A stretch of 64,000 nucleotides of DNA from Chloroflexota bacterium (GTDB taxonomy: Bacteria > Chloroflexota > Dehalococcoidia > GIF9 > JBFMDU01), in assembly GCA_040753815.1 (NCBI GenBank), contig JBFMDU010000021.1:5011-69010 (forward strand), read 5' to 3'. The notes below the pieces were generated by a model, which was not told where the DNA came from, did no database searches, and worked only from the letters and a program-made list of their open reading frames with translations. The translations under genes and the position numbers were made by a program. This document shows positions 53,543-62,444 of this stretch, in pieces; positions within the stretch are counted from its first letter, which is position 1, and each line of letters starts with the position of its first letter.

Positions 53543-54676
53543 TTAAACAGCTTTCACATCATCCTCGGAGTAGAATTCGAAGAACGTCTCACGGTTTTTA
53601 AGAGCCTGGTTGCGGCGCTTGGTTACCGTAGCGTCGTTGATGCGGGTAATCGGCCCCTCGACAAACACTTGATTAGGCGGGAAAAGCGTCTTGTTGTAGA
53701 AAGGCGCGTAGACCTCGGTCCTGGTGCGGGTCAATGAATCACCGCCGGCAACCCCCATACGGAACTTCTTCCTCGTTTCCCTCAAGGCCATGATGTCAAT
53801 CATCCCGAAGACGAGCTGGGGTGTTTTGTCTCCGGCTTCGGCAACGATGTTGCCCATGTAATCAACAATCATTGCCTGTCCGCCGCCGCGGCTGTCGACC
53901 GCAGTCGGTATCTTGGTGGCGCCCAGTACTTCGGTGCTGATAATCCGGGCCGCCCAGTTCTCTTCCACGATGTAAACGGTGTTGTCCCAGGCGCGGGTGC
54001 GCAGGACGTGCCGTGGCAGTTCACCGGCGAAGCCGGAGTTGAGGTGGCAGACGACCTCGGCGCCCTTCAGGGCACTGGCCTTGACGATTTCCGGAATCAT
54101 GAGGTCGCCGCAGATGAAGCAGGCAAGACGGCCGATTTTAGTGTCCACTACCGGGAAGAAGTCGCGGGTGCCGGTAATCGGGTTGACATACTTATCGAAT
54201 ATGTCATGGGGATTGAGACCGAAAGCCACGTTCATCTTACGGTACTTTAGAATAATCTTACCTTGGGGGTTGATGATGAAGGCAGTATTGAAGAAATTGT
54301 CCGGCCAGGCCGGGTCGTTTTCATGGTTGCAGGCGGCGATATAGGTGCCGTACTGCTTGGCTTTGGCGGCGAGAATGTCTGTCTCCGGACCGGGAATAGG
54401 GATGGCCTGATATTTCTTGACTTCCTGCACCGTAGTCTGAGTGTTATACAGGCCGCCGATTGAAAATTCCGGGAAACAGACCAGCTTGACATCAGGTTTA
54501 TTGGCGCCAACAGCGAAAATGGCGTCGATGTAGTCGCACATGCGTTGGAGGTTCCGCTTCATCAGGGTTTCCCGTTCAAATTCGCTCCGAATATTGGGGT
54601 TATAGTTCTCAACGTAGGACTGGACGGAGCAGGCGGCATAAGGCGCGATAACTTGGTTCTTCGCTTGCGTGGTCAT
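53543..54676 (-). CDS. Nitrilase-superfamily carbon-nitrogen hydrolase (amidase-like), close paralog of 5935-7062
   Basis: CFPEFS, KYRKMN and CFICGD. Long collinear identical stretches with the first paralog (e.g. DNFFNTAFIINP.GKIILKYRKMN.AFGLNPHDI). Confidence 0.8.
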   Translation of the reverse strand: MTTQAKNQVIAPYAACSVQSYVENYNPNIRSEFERETLMKRNLQRMCDYIDAIFAVGANKPDVKLVCFPEFSIGGLYNTQTTVQEVKKYQAIPIPGPETDILAAKAKQYGTYIAACNHENDPAWPDNFFNTAFIINPQGKIILKYRKMNVAFGLNPHDIFDKYVNPITGTRDFFPVVDTKIGRLACFICGDLMIPEIVKASALKGAEVVCHLNSGFAGELPRHVLRTRAWDNTVYIVEENWAARIISTEVLGATKIPTAVDSRGGGQAMIVDYMGNIVAEAGDKTPQLVFGMIDIMALRETRKKFRMGVAGGDSLTRTRTEVYAPFYNKTLFPPNQVFVEGPITRINDATVTKRRNQALKNRETFFEFYSEDDVKAV

Positions 54677-54787
54677 GCTTTCCTCCTGTCATTCGGAATG
54701 ACTTAATTTAATGGTACAACCCTGGCAAGAGTGTAGTGCTGTCACTGGAAGAGTGTATCATCGCCTGTATGTTAGCACTTTTCTGTC

Positions 54788-54828
54788 TTGACATTAATCT
54801 TTCCCGAGTGTTATAGTACAATCGTTCT
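54788..54828 (+). promoter_or_regulatory. Candidate promoter TTGACA-N18-TATAGT with overlapping LexA-like (GAAC-N4-GTTC-type) imperfect palindrome
   Basis: TTGACA lies at 54788-54793 and TATAGT at 54812-54817. AGTACaatcGTTCT (54815-54828) has one mismatch to an AGAAC-N4-GTTCT dyad. Confidence 0.3.
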
Positions 54829-54852
54829 ATTGGTGGAATCGGTAGGCCGAAA

Positions 54853-56037
54853 ATGGATACATCCAGACTGGAGACGCTCGCCGCCGCGGCGCAGTTCGAT
54901 GTCTGCGGCTATAGCGGTCTCCGTTCTGAAAGCGACCTAGCGCATTTCCTGTACCGGTCGACTTTGCCTGACGGCAGGCCGGTCTGTCTCTTCAAAGTCC
55001 TCCTGACCAATGTCTGTGTCAATGACTGCGCCTATTGCGTGAATCAGGTTGGACGGGACTGTCCGCGCAGTACGATGTCTCCCGATGAGCTTGCTCGGGC
55101 TTTTATGGGACTGCATGCCCGTAACGTGGCCCATGGCCTATTTCTCAGTTCCGGGATCGCTGGCAGTGCCTCGCGTACCATGGAGTCTATGATTGCCGCC
55201 GTGGAAATCCTGCGCCGCCACTACCAGTACCGGGGCTATGTTCACCTAAAGATTCTGCCCGGGGCCACTCTGGACTGTGTTGAAGAGGCTTGCAAGCTGG
55301 CCAACCGGGTCTCAGTTAATATGGAAGCGCCAACGGTGCATCATCTGGCCCGCTTAAGTTCTAAGAAGGACCTCCACAGCGATATCCTGGAACGCATGCG
55401 CTGGGTAAAGCGGTTGGCCGCCGCTGATGAGAAGCTTGTCCCCTCCGGGCAGACTACCCAGTTCGTCGTTGGCGCTGCTGGCGAGACTGATCGGGAGATA
55501 CTGTCTGCTGTTTCGGACCTTTATCGTGAAATGCAGTTACGCAGGGTGTACTTCAGTGCTTTCCGCCCGGTGAGTCGGTCACGGCTGGAGGGGATAGTGC
55601 CCACCTCACCGATGCGTGAGCACCGCCTCTATCAGGCAGACTGGCTGATGCGTGTGTATGGCTTTCCTCCCCATGAGGTTGAGCTGGCTCTGGGGAAGAA
55701 AGGCGAGTTGTCTCTCAGGAAAGACCCCAAGTCTATCATCGCCTTAAAACAGCCATGGCTCTTCCCGGTGGATGTGAACCGGGCAAACTATGAACAGCTT
55801 CTCCGTGTCCCCGGCATCGGGCCGGTCTCGGCCCGGAGGATAACTGAAGCCCGCCGGCAACACAGTATCTTCTCCACTTTGCAGCTTAAGAAAATGGGAG
55901 TAGTTATAGGACAGGCGGTGCCATTCATCTGGTTTCAGGGTTTGACGGAGCGACCCAAGCAACAGTCGTTCCTCGGTGATTTTGAGGATAGTGAGGCCGC
56001 CTTGCCAGAACCTTCTTTAGCTGGAGCTGTGACGTGA
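54853..56037 (+). CDS. Putative DNA modification/repair radical SAM protein (with C-terminal HhH)
   Basis: CVNDCAYCVNQ (CxxxCxxC) and a C-terminal VNRANYEQLLRVPGIGPVSARRITEAR helix-hairpin-helix. It resembles the TIGR03916-type family as I recall it. Confidence 0.75.
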   Translation: MDTSRLETLAAAAQFDVCGYSGLRSESDLAHFLYRSTLPDGRPVCLFKVLLTNVCVNDCAYCVNQVGRDCPRSTMSPDELARAFMGLHARNVAHGLFLSSGIAGSASRTMESMIAAVEILRRHYQYRGYVHLKILPGATLDCVEEACKLANRVSVNMEAPTVHHLARLSSKKDLHSDILERMRWVKRLAAADEKLVPSGQTTQFVVGAAGETDREILSAVSDLYREMQLRRVYFSAFRPVSRSRLEGIVPTSPMREHRLYQADWLMRVYGFPPHEVELALGKKGELSLRKDPKSIIALKQPWLFPVDVNRANYEQLLRVPGIGPVSARRITEARRQHSIFSTLQLKKMGVVIGQAVPFIWFQGLTERPKQQSFLGDFEDSEAALPEPSLAGAVT

Positions 56038-56061
56038 ACCGCCACTTAGACCCCCGGCCAG

Positions 56062-56529
56062 CTAGACGTCGGCTATGAGTTGAGGATACCTGTCGAACCA
56101 GGTTGACTGCCAGTCGCACGACTTCCGGGGGCAGTACCAGTTGCCTATCTTTTCGATGTCCATCCGGAGCCGTTGTACCGGGGATGTACCGCCGCTCTTA
56201 GTCGGGACTTCTCTGACGCCATCCAGCTTAATTTTGCCTTCGATGATGACCGAGCGGCATCGTATGCCTTTTTTGACGATTTCGGGTTTCTCGCGCCGTG
56301 ACTCGTATATCACGAAGCAGGCGTTGGGGTTTTTCTTGATGCACTCGATCTTCCTCTGTCCTTCTCTTGGGCTGACCATGATGTATAAACGATTGTCCTT
56401 GAGGTAGTGTTCCACCGGCACGCCGTAAGGTTTGCCGTCATCTACCAGCGTCAGTACTCCCACTCGGCTGTTCTTGATGAACTCGGTTGCCTCCGATTCG
56501 CTCATGGCTCCGACACCTTGTGTTGGCAT
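56062..56529 (-). CDS. Pyridoxamine 5'-phosphate oxidase-family (FMN-binding split-barrel) protein
   Basis: ATEFIKNSRVGVLTLVDDGKPYGVPVEHYLKDNRLYIMVSP pattern. AGGAGG lies 5 nt upstream of ATG 56529. Confidence 0.65.
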   Translation of the reverse strand: MPTQGVGAMSESEATEFIKNSRVGVLTLVDDGKPYGVPVEHYLKDNRLYIMVSPREGQRKIECIKKNPNACFVIYESRREKPEIVKKGIRCRSVIIEGKIKLDGVREVPTKSGGTSPVQRLRMDIEKIGNWYCPRKSCDWQSTWFDRYPQLIADV

Positions 56530-56558
56530 GTTTACCTCCTTTATGGCTTATTTGACTT

Positions 56559-56981
56559 CTATCTGATTATGAAAGGAATAATGATAGCCACCAGGCCGGT
56601 GCACAGGACTGCCAGCATGAACAGATTATATCTGGTCTTGTAATCGCCGAGAAGCGAGGCATCGTAGTAGCTGTCTACGCCATGGTCTTTGTACATCCTG
56701 ATAAGACCAGTCAAAATCTTTGTCCTCGTTTGTCTTCCCCGTATCAGACCCACCTCGGCGACGAAATTGATGATGACTGTGAGGATGACAAAGGTCAGCA
56801 TAACGATAGTCCTAGTGCTGCTGCCGTCCCCCCCTCCGGCGACCGCTGAGTTGATGGCAAGCGTAAGCAGGTTAAGTACGATGGCCGTGATGACGAAAAC
56901 GGTATCGGTGCGTGTGTTGGTCCGGAGCTCTTCTATCAGGTGTTCATGAAGACGTTCAAGCATGCGGTCTCCTTCTGGCAT
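56559..56981 (-). CDS. Hypothetical membrane protein (3 predicted TM helices)
   Basis: Hydrophobic stretches VFVITAIVLNLLTLAINSAV, IVMLTFVILTVIINFVAEVGL and LFMLAVLCTGLVAIIIPFII. No family recognised. Confidence 0.5.
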   Translation of the reverse strand: MPEGDRMLERLHEHLIEELRTNTRTDTVFVITAIVLNLLTLAINSAVAGGGDGSSTRTIVMLTFVILTVIINFVAEVGLIRGRQTRTKILTGLIRMYKDHGVDSYYDASLLGDYKTRYNLFMLAVLCTGLVAIIIPFIIR

Positions 56982-57139
56982 AAATTAACCGGTACAGGGT
57001 GATTGTACCATCAATGCGGGTGGCTTAGTCAGTCGCGCTTGCTGGCGGAAGCGTAAAAGCGGTTTGAGGGCGTTGCCGCTCTGGTTTATCTAAGGCGCAG
57101 TCTTTGAACTGGCTATACTGCTGGCGCTTTGCGGATGGT

Positions 57140-58276
57140 CTAGTATGTTACTTGCTCTACGAGAAGGTTGGCTGCCGTGTCGATTTCCTCCTGAGCGCTC
57201 CAGCGTCCCAGTGTAAGGCGTAATGCGCCGAGAGCCAGTTCCCGGCTGAGTCCCATTTCCAGAAGCACTCCCGATGGCTCGGTAGACCCGGCATGGCAGG
57301 CGGCCCCAGTGGACGCGGCGATTCCTGGAATTCGGCTAAGCAACCCATCGCCGAAGATACCCTGGATGCTGATATTAAGAGTGTTCGGCAGTCTTTTCTC
57401 AGGATGACCGTTTAAATGAACCCTGCCTTTCCCCAGCCCATCAATGATTCTCTGGTGTAGCCTGTCTCTCAAGCCTTTGACCTTTGTTCCATACTCTGAA
57501 AGATTTTGCCCGGCAAGCTCGCAGGCTTTCCCCAGTCCCACCATGTAAGGCACATTCTCGGTGCCGGCCCGCCGGCCTTTCTCCTGCCCGGCCCCGTGGA
57601 TGAATGAGTCGATTTGCACACCCTTTCTTATGAATAATGCCCCGATTCCTTTAGGGGCATACAGCTTATGTCCGGCGATGGTCAGTAAATCCACTTTTAG
57701 TTCATTGACAGCCACCCTGACTTTACCGCAGGACTGGGCGGCATCGGTGTGAAAAATAATCCCCTGCTCTCGGGCAATCTGGCCAATTTCCGCAATCGGC
57801 TCTATGGTACCAACTTCATTATTGGCGTGTATGATGGTAATCAGGATGGTCTCTTTGGTAATAGACCGTCGGATATCGTCCGGGTCAACCAGTCCATATC
57901 TGTCCACGGGGAGATAGGTGACTTTAAAGCCCAGCCTCTCCTCAAGATACCGGCAGGTGTTGAGCACGGCCGGGTGTTCTATGCATATGGTGATGATGTG
58001 CTTTCCCTTATGCGAGTTCGCCAGCGCTGTACCGATAATGGCGTGGTTATCGCTCTCGCTCCCGCCGCTGGTGAAGATAACTTCTTCTGGCACAGCGCCG
58101 ATTAGAGAAGCCACCTGCTGGCGGGCGTGTTCTAACGCCTCTTTAGCTGGCTGTCCATAGGTATGGGTAGTTGAAGGATTGCCAAAATACTCACCCAGGT
58201 AGGGGAGCATTGCCTCCCGTACGGCGGGGTCAATTGGAGTGGTGGCATTGTAGTCAAGATATATCGTTTTACCCAC
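57140..58276 (-). CDS. Cysteine desulfurase (NifS/IscS-type class V aminotransferase)
   Basis: IYLDYNATTP, HANNEVGT, IAGHKLYAPKGIGALF (PLP Lys) and SSGAACH-like TGAACHAGS (active-site Cys loop). Confidence 0.85.
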   Translation of the reverse strand: MGKTIYLDYNATTPIDPAVREAMLPYLGEYFGNPSTTHTYGQPAKEALEHARQQVASLIGAVPEEVIFTSGGSESDNHAIIGTALANSHKGKHIITICIEHPAVLNTCRYLEERLGFKVTYLPVDRYGLVDPDDIRRSITKETILITIIHANNEVGTIEPIAEIGQIAREQGIIFHTDAAQSCGKVRVAVNELKVDLLTIAGHKLYAPKGIGALFIRKGVQIDSFIHGAGQEKGRRAGTENVPYMVGLGKACELAGQNLSEYGTKVKGLRDRLHQRIIDGLGKGRVHLNGHPEKRLPNTLNISIQGIFGDGLLSRIPGIAASTGAACHAGSTEPSGVLLEMGLSRELALGALRLTLGRWSAQEEIDTAANLLVEQVTY

Positions 58277-58285
58277 TTCTCCATC

Positions 58286-59446
58286 TCACACTAACGCTTC
58301 CAGCCGCTCCCGCTCAAGTTCCCGGCGTTCTTTCAGGAAGTGTTTTGAGGGTGGCTCCATGTATACACGGGGAGCTGGGTAACTGTAGAAATTTCCTGAG
58401 CCGTAGGCTGCCATCTCATCGCCGGTCTCCAGGTAGCAGGAGCCGGTGCCATCGAACTTGCTCGCATTGGAGTCGGTAAGAATCTCACTGGCTATGTTCC
58501 GTGCTACTATCCGCGCCTCCTCGTCGGCGAATACCCATGCCTTAGGCAAGAAAAAGCCAGTAGGGTTGGGCTGGCGGATAGAGGTAATATCGCCAATGGC
58601 GAAAACACCGGCAAAAGTTGTCTGGAGTGTTTGAAGGTCAACGGGAATCCATCCTATCCCGTCAGTAAGGCCAGCATCCCGCACGACACGCGGCGAGGCA
58701 TGGGGAGGTACGCCAACCAGAAGGTCGAAATGGGCTTCGCCAGCTTCAAAGATAACCTTGTGAGCGTCGCCGTCTATCTTCCGGGTTTTGTGTTGCGGAT
58801 GAAACTCAATGTTTCGCTCCTTGAACATGCTCAGGACAGCTTCCCCCATAACGGTGCCGGTGGATGGGAGAGGTCTCGGCTCCGGCGTGTAAAGGGCTAT
58901 CTCTACTGTGTGGCGCTTTTGCTGGCTGCGGAGTATCGAATCCAGGAGGAAGGCTGCCTCGTAAGGAGCTCCGGGGCATGAGAACGGTGTGGCACAGCAT
59001 ACGATAACAACGCGGCCCTCCTCAAACTTCTGGAGAGCTTCCCGCAGTTGGACAGCCCCCGTAGCATCATATAAGTTGCAGGCCGATTCGGCAAAGCCGG
59101 GCATAGCCTCCGGATGCTTATCGGCCCCAAGGGCAATAATCATGTAATCGCCTTCGAGAGTCCCGGAAGACGTCTGCACTCTCTTTGCCGCGGGGTCGAT
59201 CCGGTCAATCTCTGCATGGACCCAATCAATATCCTTGCGCACCAGCTCTGAGAGGGCCCGCTGGCCTTCACGAGGGTCTTTCATTTCCCCGGTAATCAGC
59301 TGCATGTTGAAGGCGTTTATGTAGAAGAAAGTTTTCTTCTCTATCACCACGATGCGGTGCTCGGGAGGCAGGAGCCGCCGCAGGTGCTGAGCCGCTGCAA
59401 GGCCGCCAAAGCCACCCCCCAGGATAAGAATCTTTTTGCCCGTCAT
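58286..59446 (-). CDS. FAD-dependent pyridine nucleotide-disulfide oxidoreductase, sulfide:quinone oxidoreductase (SQR)-like
   Basis: KKILILGGGFGGLAAA (FAD fold). FSCPGAPYEAAF and GTGSCYLETG are Cys contexts resembling the SQR redox cysteines. Confidence 0.65.
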   Translation of the reverse strand: MTGKKILILGGGFGGLAAAQHLRRLLPPEHRIVVIEKKTFFYINAFNMQLITGEMKDPREGQRALSELVRKDIDWVHAEIDRIDPAAKRVQTSSGTLEGDYMIIALGADKHPEAMPGFAESACNLYDATGAVQLREALQKFEEGRVVIVCCATPFSCPGAPYEAAFLLDSILRSQQKRHTVEIALYTPEPRPLPSTGTVMGEAVLSMFKERNIEFHPQHKTRKIDGDAHKVIFEAGEAHFDLLVGVPPHASPRVVRDAGLTDGIGWIPVDLQTLQTTFAGVFAIGDITSIRQPNPTGFFLPKAWVFADEEARIVARNIASEILTDSNASKFDGTGSCYLETGDEMAAYGSGNFYSYPAPRVYMEPPSKHFLKERRELERERLEALV

Positions 59447-59469
59447 TTATTGTCTCCTTATCTACTTAG

Positions 59470-59790
59470 TTAACCGAGAGTTACTATTCTGTCCGAGGCA
59501 GAAATCATCTCCACCAGTTGTGCCATGGTTGAGACCGGGCATACGCCGGCCTCTTGATGTCTTAACTTGAGACATGTTCCGCAGGCCAGAAGACTGCCAT
59601 TCTTGCTAAGGAAATCCTCCATGGCGCCGGTAACGTCGAAGGTTCCGTCTTTGATATTAACGATTTCCACTCCAATGCCAAGGAGGAAGATACTTACGGA
59701 GTTGCCCTTGTCCAGGGCTGTCTTGCCCAAGCGAAAGGCGTTCCAGGCCGTTTCCGGGTTATTGGTGTTCAAAACGATGCCCAGTTTCAT
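59470..59790 (-). CDS. DsrE/DsrF-like sulfur-relay family protein
   Basis: 106 aa: MKLGIVLNTNNPETAWNAFRLG...SIFLLGIGV...LACGTCLKLR. Confidence 0.65.
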   Translation of the reverse strand: MKLGIVLNTNNPETAWNAFRLGKTALDKGNSVSIFLLGIGVEIVNIKDGTFDVTGAMEDFLSKNGSLLACGTCLKLRHQEAGVCPVSTMAQLVEMISASDRIVTLG

Positions 59791-59877
59791 TTTCTGACCT
59801 CTTGAAAGATATTCGCCTGTTTGAATGCGTCTACATTAACATTGTTCGTTGAGCTTATTGGTTCTCTCCGTAACCGT

Positions 59878-60198
59878 TTATCGTTGCTTGATGAGGCCGG
59901 CATCCTGCCGGATTTGTTCGAAGAGTATGTCGCGCAGTAAATCGAAAGCATCGAGGAGTCGATGATTGGTAATCCGGTAAAAGACGACGTTCCCTTCTTT
60001 TCGTGAGATAAGGATATGGCGCTCCCGCATCATGGCGAGGTGCTGGGACAGGTTGGCTGCGGTCATTCCCAGCCTTTCGGCCAGGTCGCCAACGCTCATT
60101 TCCTTAGCTCTCAGCACGTTTATGAGCTCCAGTCTCTTCGGGTGGGAAAAGACCTTGCACATCTCGGCATGGTAAGCATATATCTGGTCTTCCATCAT
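59878..60198 (-). CDS. ArsR/SmtB-family transcriptional regulator
   Basis: MCKVFSHPKRLELINVLRAKEMSVGDLAERLGMTAANLSQHLAMMRERHIL. Confidence 0.85.
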   Translation of the reverse strand: MMEDQIYAYHAEMCKVFSHPKRLELINVLRAKEMSVGDLAERLGMTAANLSQHLAMMRERHILISRKEGNVVFYRITNHRLLDAFDLLRDILFEQIRQDAGLIKQR

Positions 60199-60204
60199 TA
60201 AGTC

Positions 60205-60230
60205 CTTTAGTATATTGGAATATTCTAAAG
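60205..60230. promoter_or_regulatory. 12-2-12 imperfect inverted repeat, candidate ArsR/SmtB operator
   Basis: CTTTAGTATATT-gg-AATATTCTAAAG has arms complementary at 11 of 12 positions. It sits 7 nt upstream of the ArsR start, in the divergent region shared with the MFS gene. Confidence 0.45.
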
Positions 60231-60276
60231 TATTGTAATCACTATAATCATCGACCTGCTATTTGTCAAGTACGGT

Positions 60277-61584
60277 ATGGTTGTGTTTTTGCGCCAGCTT
60301 AGACCAAGTGGTAGCATGGCGCTGTTTAGTATCTTTAGGGAGATGGGCCGTTTGTTTCGGAAACATATTTTCTACGGGTGGTGGATCTCCGTCTCAGCCT
60401 TCGTGAGCATGAGCGTCTGCGGCGCTACCGGGGTTTACGCCTTCAGTCTCTTTGTAAGGCCCCTTGAGGACAGCTTCCACTGGACACGCGCCGAAATCAT
60501 GCTGGCTTTTGCCGTCTGGTCCGTGGCTTCGGGGACTTCAGCTCCTTTCGTCGGCCGGCTGGTAGACCGCTTCGGACCAGTAAAAGCCATCATAACCGGG
60601 GCGATAATTGCCGGTGTAAGCTGTCTGGCACTTGGCTATATGGGTCAGCTCTGGCAGTTCTATGTTGCTTATGCGCTTCTAGGCGTGTCGGCGGCGGCTA
60701 CTGGCTCGGTTCCTTTGAGCGCCATGGTCTCTAACTGGTTTGTGAAGCGTCGAGGGTTAGCTATAGGCATCATGTCAGCCGGCATTGGTGTTGGCGGCAT
60801 GGTCTTTTCTCCGTTTTTCGGCGGTTTGACGATACCCGCCCTGGGCTGGCGCCCGACCTATCATATCGCCGGTGCTGTGGTGGTGGTTGTGCTTGTGCCA
60901 CTTGCCATGCTGGTCATGAAAACCCGTCCGTCAGGCATAGGACTCAGTCCGTATGGCGGTGAAGGCAGTATGCCGGCTCCTGTGGTACGCCATGTCGCTT
61001 CCTGGAAGGCCGGTCTTGGTCCGGTGATTCGGACGAAGCTGTTCTGGCTGGTTGCGGTGTCGTTTTTCTTCGGTGCCTTTAGCCAACTTGGCTTGCTCCA
61101 GAACCAGATGCCCTATCTCGGCGATATCAGCGTTCCAGTGATGACCGCTGCTGGTGCACTCGGCGCCGTTGGCTTGTTCAGCACTGTGGGCAAACTCGGA
61201 GTAGGTTGGCTCTGCGACCACATCCCGGCTAGAGTAGTCTGGGCAGTATCGGTGGCCCTTCAAGCAAGTGCTACCGTCATGCTTATGTCGTTGAGGCCGG
61301 ACTCAGCCGGCTGGGTACTGTGGCTCTATGCAGTGGCTGCCGGGCTCGGTATGGGCGGCTGGCTGCCTACGATGTCGTTATTGGTGAGTTCAAGCTTCGG
61401 TCTGGCGGCCTACGGGGCCATCTTCGGCGTCATTGCCTTTGTCTTTGCCCTCGGTCAAGCGCTGGGGCCGTTTATCGCCGGCTGGATTGTCGATACCACC
61501 GGCAGTTATCAACCGGCATTCATCATGTTCCTTGCGGGCTATCTTGTGGCTGGAGTTTCCATCCTTCTGGTGCGCCGGCATTGA
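60277..61584 (+). CDS. MFS transporter (oxalate/formate antiporter-like)
   Basis: 12-TM-like pattern with GRLVDRFGPVK in loop 2-3. The start may be ATG 60316 (MALFSIF...). Confidence 0.8.
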   Translation: MVVFLRQLRPSGSMALFSIFREMGRLFRKHIFYGWWISVSAFVSMSVCGATGVYAFSLFVRPLEDSFHWTRAEIMLAFAVWSVASGTSAPFVGRLVDRFGPVKAIITGAIIAGVSCLALGYMGQLWQFYVAYALLGVSAAATGSVPLSAMVSNWFVKRRGLAIGIMSAGIGVGGMVFSPFFGGLTIPALGWRPTYHIAGAVVVVVLVPLAMLVMKTRPSGIGLSPYGGEGSMPAPVVRHVASWKAGLGPVIRTKLFWLVAVSFFFGAFSQLGLLQNQMPYLGDISVPVMTAAGALGAVGLFSTVGKLGVGWLCDHIPARVVWAVSVALQASATVMLMSLRPDSAGWVLWLYAVAAGLGMGGWLPTMSLLVSSSFGLAAYGAIFGVIAFVFALGQALGPFIAGWIVDTTGSYQPAFIMFLAGYLVAGVSILLVRRH

Positions 61585-61751
61585 ACCGGACTGAATAATC
61601 GCCAACATGCCGGCCTCACCAGAGTTAAGCTTTCAGACTCGTGTCAACGCCCGGGAAAAGACCTGTTTACGGAACATAACCACGGGCATGAGGGTTTCCT
61701 CTTAACGATTTCTTAATAATCAAGTTATACTCTGAGCAGGGGATACGAACT

Positions 61752-62444
61752 GTGCCCAATAAAACTGTCCTCCTGGTGGACGATGATGTCAAAATCGTCG
61801 AACTCGTCGCCCTTTATCTCAGAAGGGATGGTTACCGTGTGCTCGCCGCTCACGATGGTGTTGCCGCTCTTAAGGTCGCTCGTGAATCGCATCCTGATCT
61901 TATTGTTCTCGATCTGATGCTGCCCGGTGTACCGGGCCTGGATGTGTGCCGTGAATTGAGGGAGGAATCAAACGTTCCCATTATCATGCTTACGGCGCGG
62001 ACAACTGAACAGGACCGTCTCATTGGTCTCGATTCTGGAGCGGATGACTATGTCACCAAGCCATTTAGTCCGCGTGAGCTGGCGGCGCGCGTGCGCGCCG
62101 TATTGAGGCGTAGTTCCATCGAGGAGCGCGAGCGCGGGCCGGTCGAGATACGTCAGGGAGACCTCCTAATGAATCTGCTGACCCGGGAGGTCGTAGCGGC
62201 AGGACGGAACGTGAAGCTTACTCCGATTGAGTTTGAACTGCTCGCCGTCTTAGCCAGGGAGCCCAACCGGGTCTTCAACCGTGCCCAGCTCATTGAAAAG
62301 GCGATCGGCTATGACTTTGAAGGTTTTGACCGTACTATTGATGTGCACATCCTGAATTTGCGTCGTAAGATTGAGCCTGACCCAAGGCATTCGCGCTACG
62401 TCAAGACCGTGTACGGCGCCGGATATAAGTTCGTCAAGGAGTGA
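61752..62444 (+). CDS. OmpR-family response regulator (receiver + winged-helix)
   Basis: VLLVDDD...DLMLPGVPG...[25 protein letters not shown] plus the C-terminal [13 protein letters not shown]...[15 protein letters not shown] start. Confidence 0.9.
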   Translation: MPNKTVLLVDDDVKIVELVALYLRRDGYRVLAAHDGVAALKVARESHPDLIVLDLMLPGVPGLDVCRELREESNVPIIMLTARTTEQDRLIGLDSGADDYVTKPFSPRELAARVRAVLRRSSIEERERGPVEIRQGDLLMNLLTREVVAAGRNVKLTPIEFELLAVLAREPNRVFNRAQLIEKAIGYDFEGFDRTIDVHILNLRRKIEPDPRHSRYVKTVYGAGYKFVKE

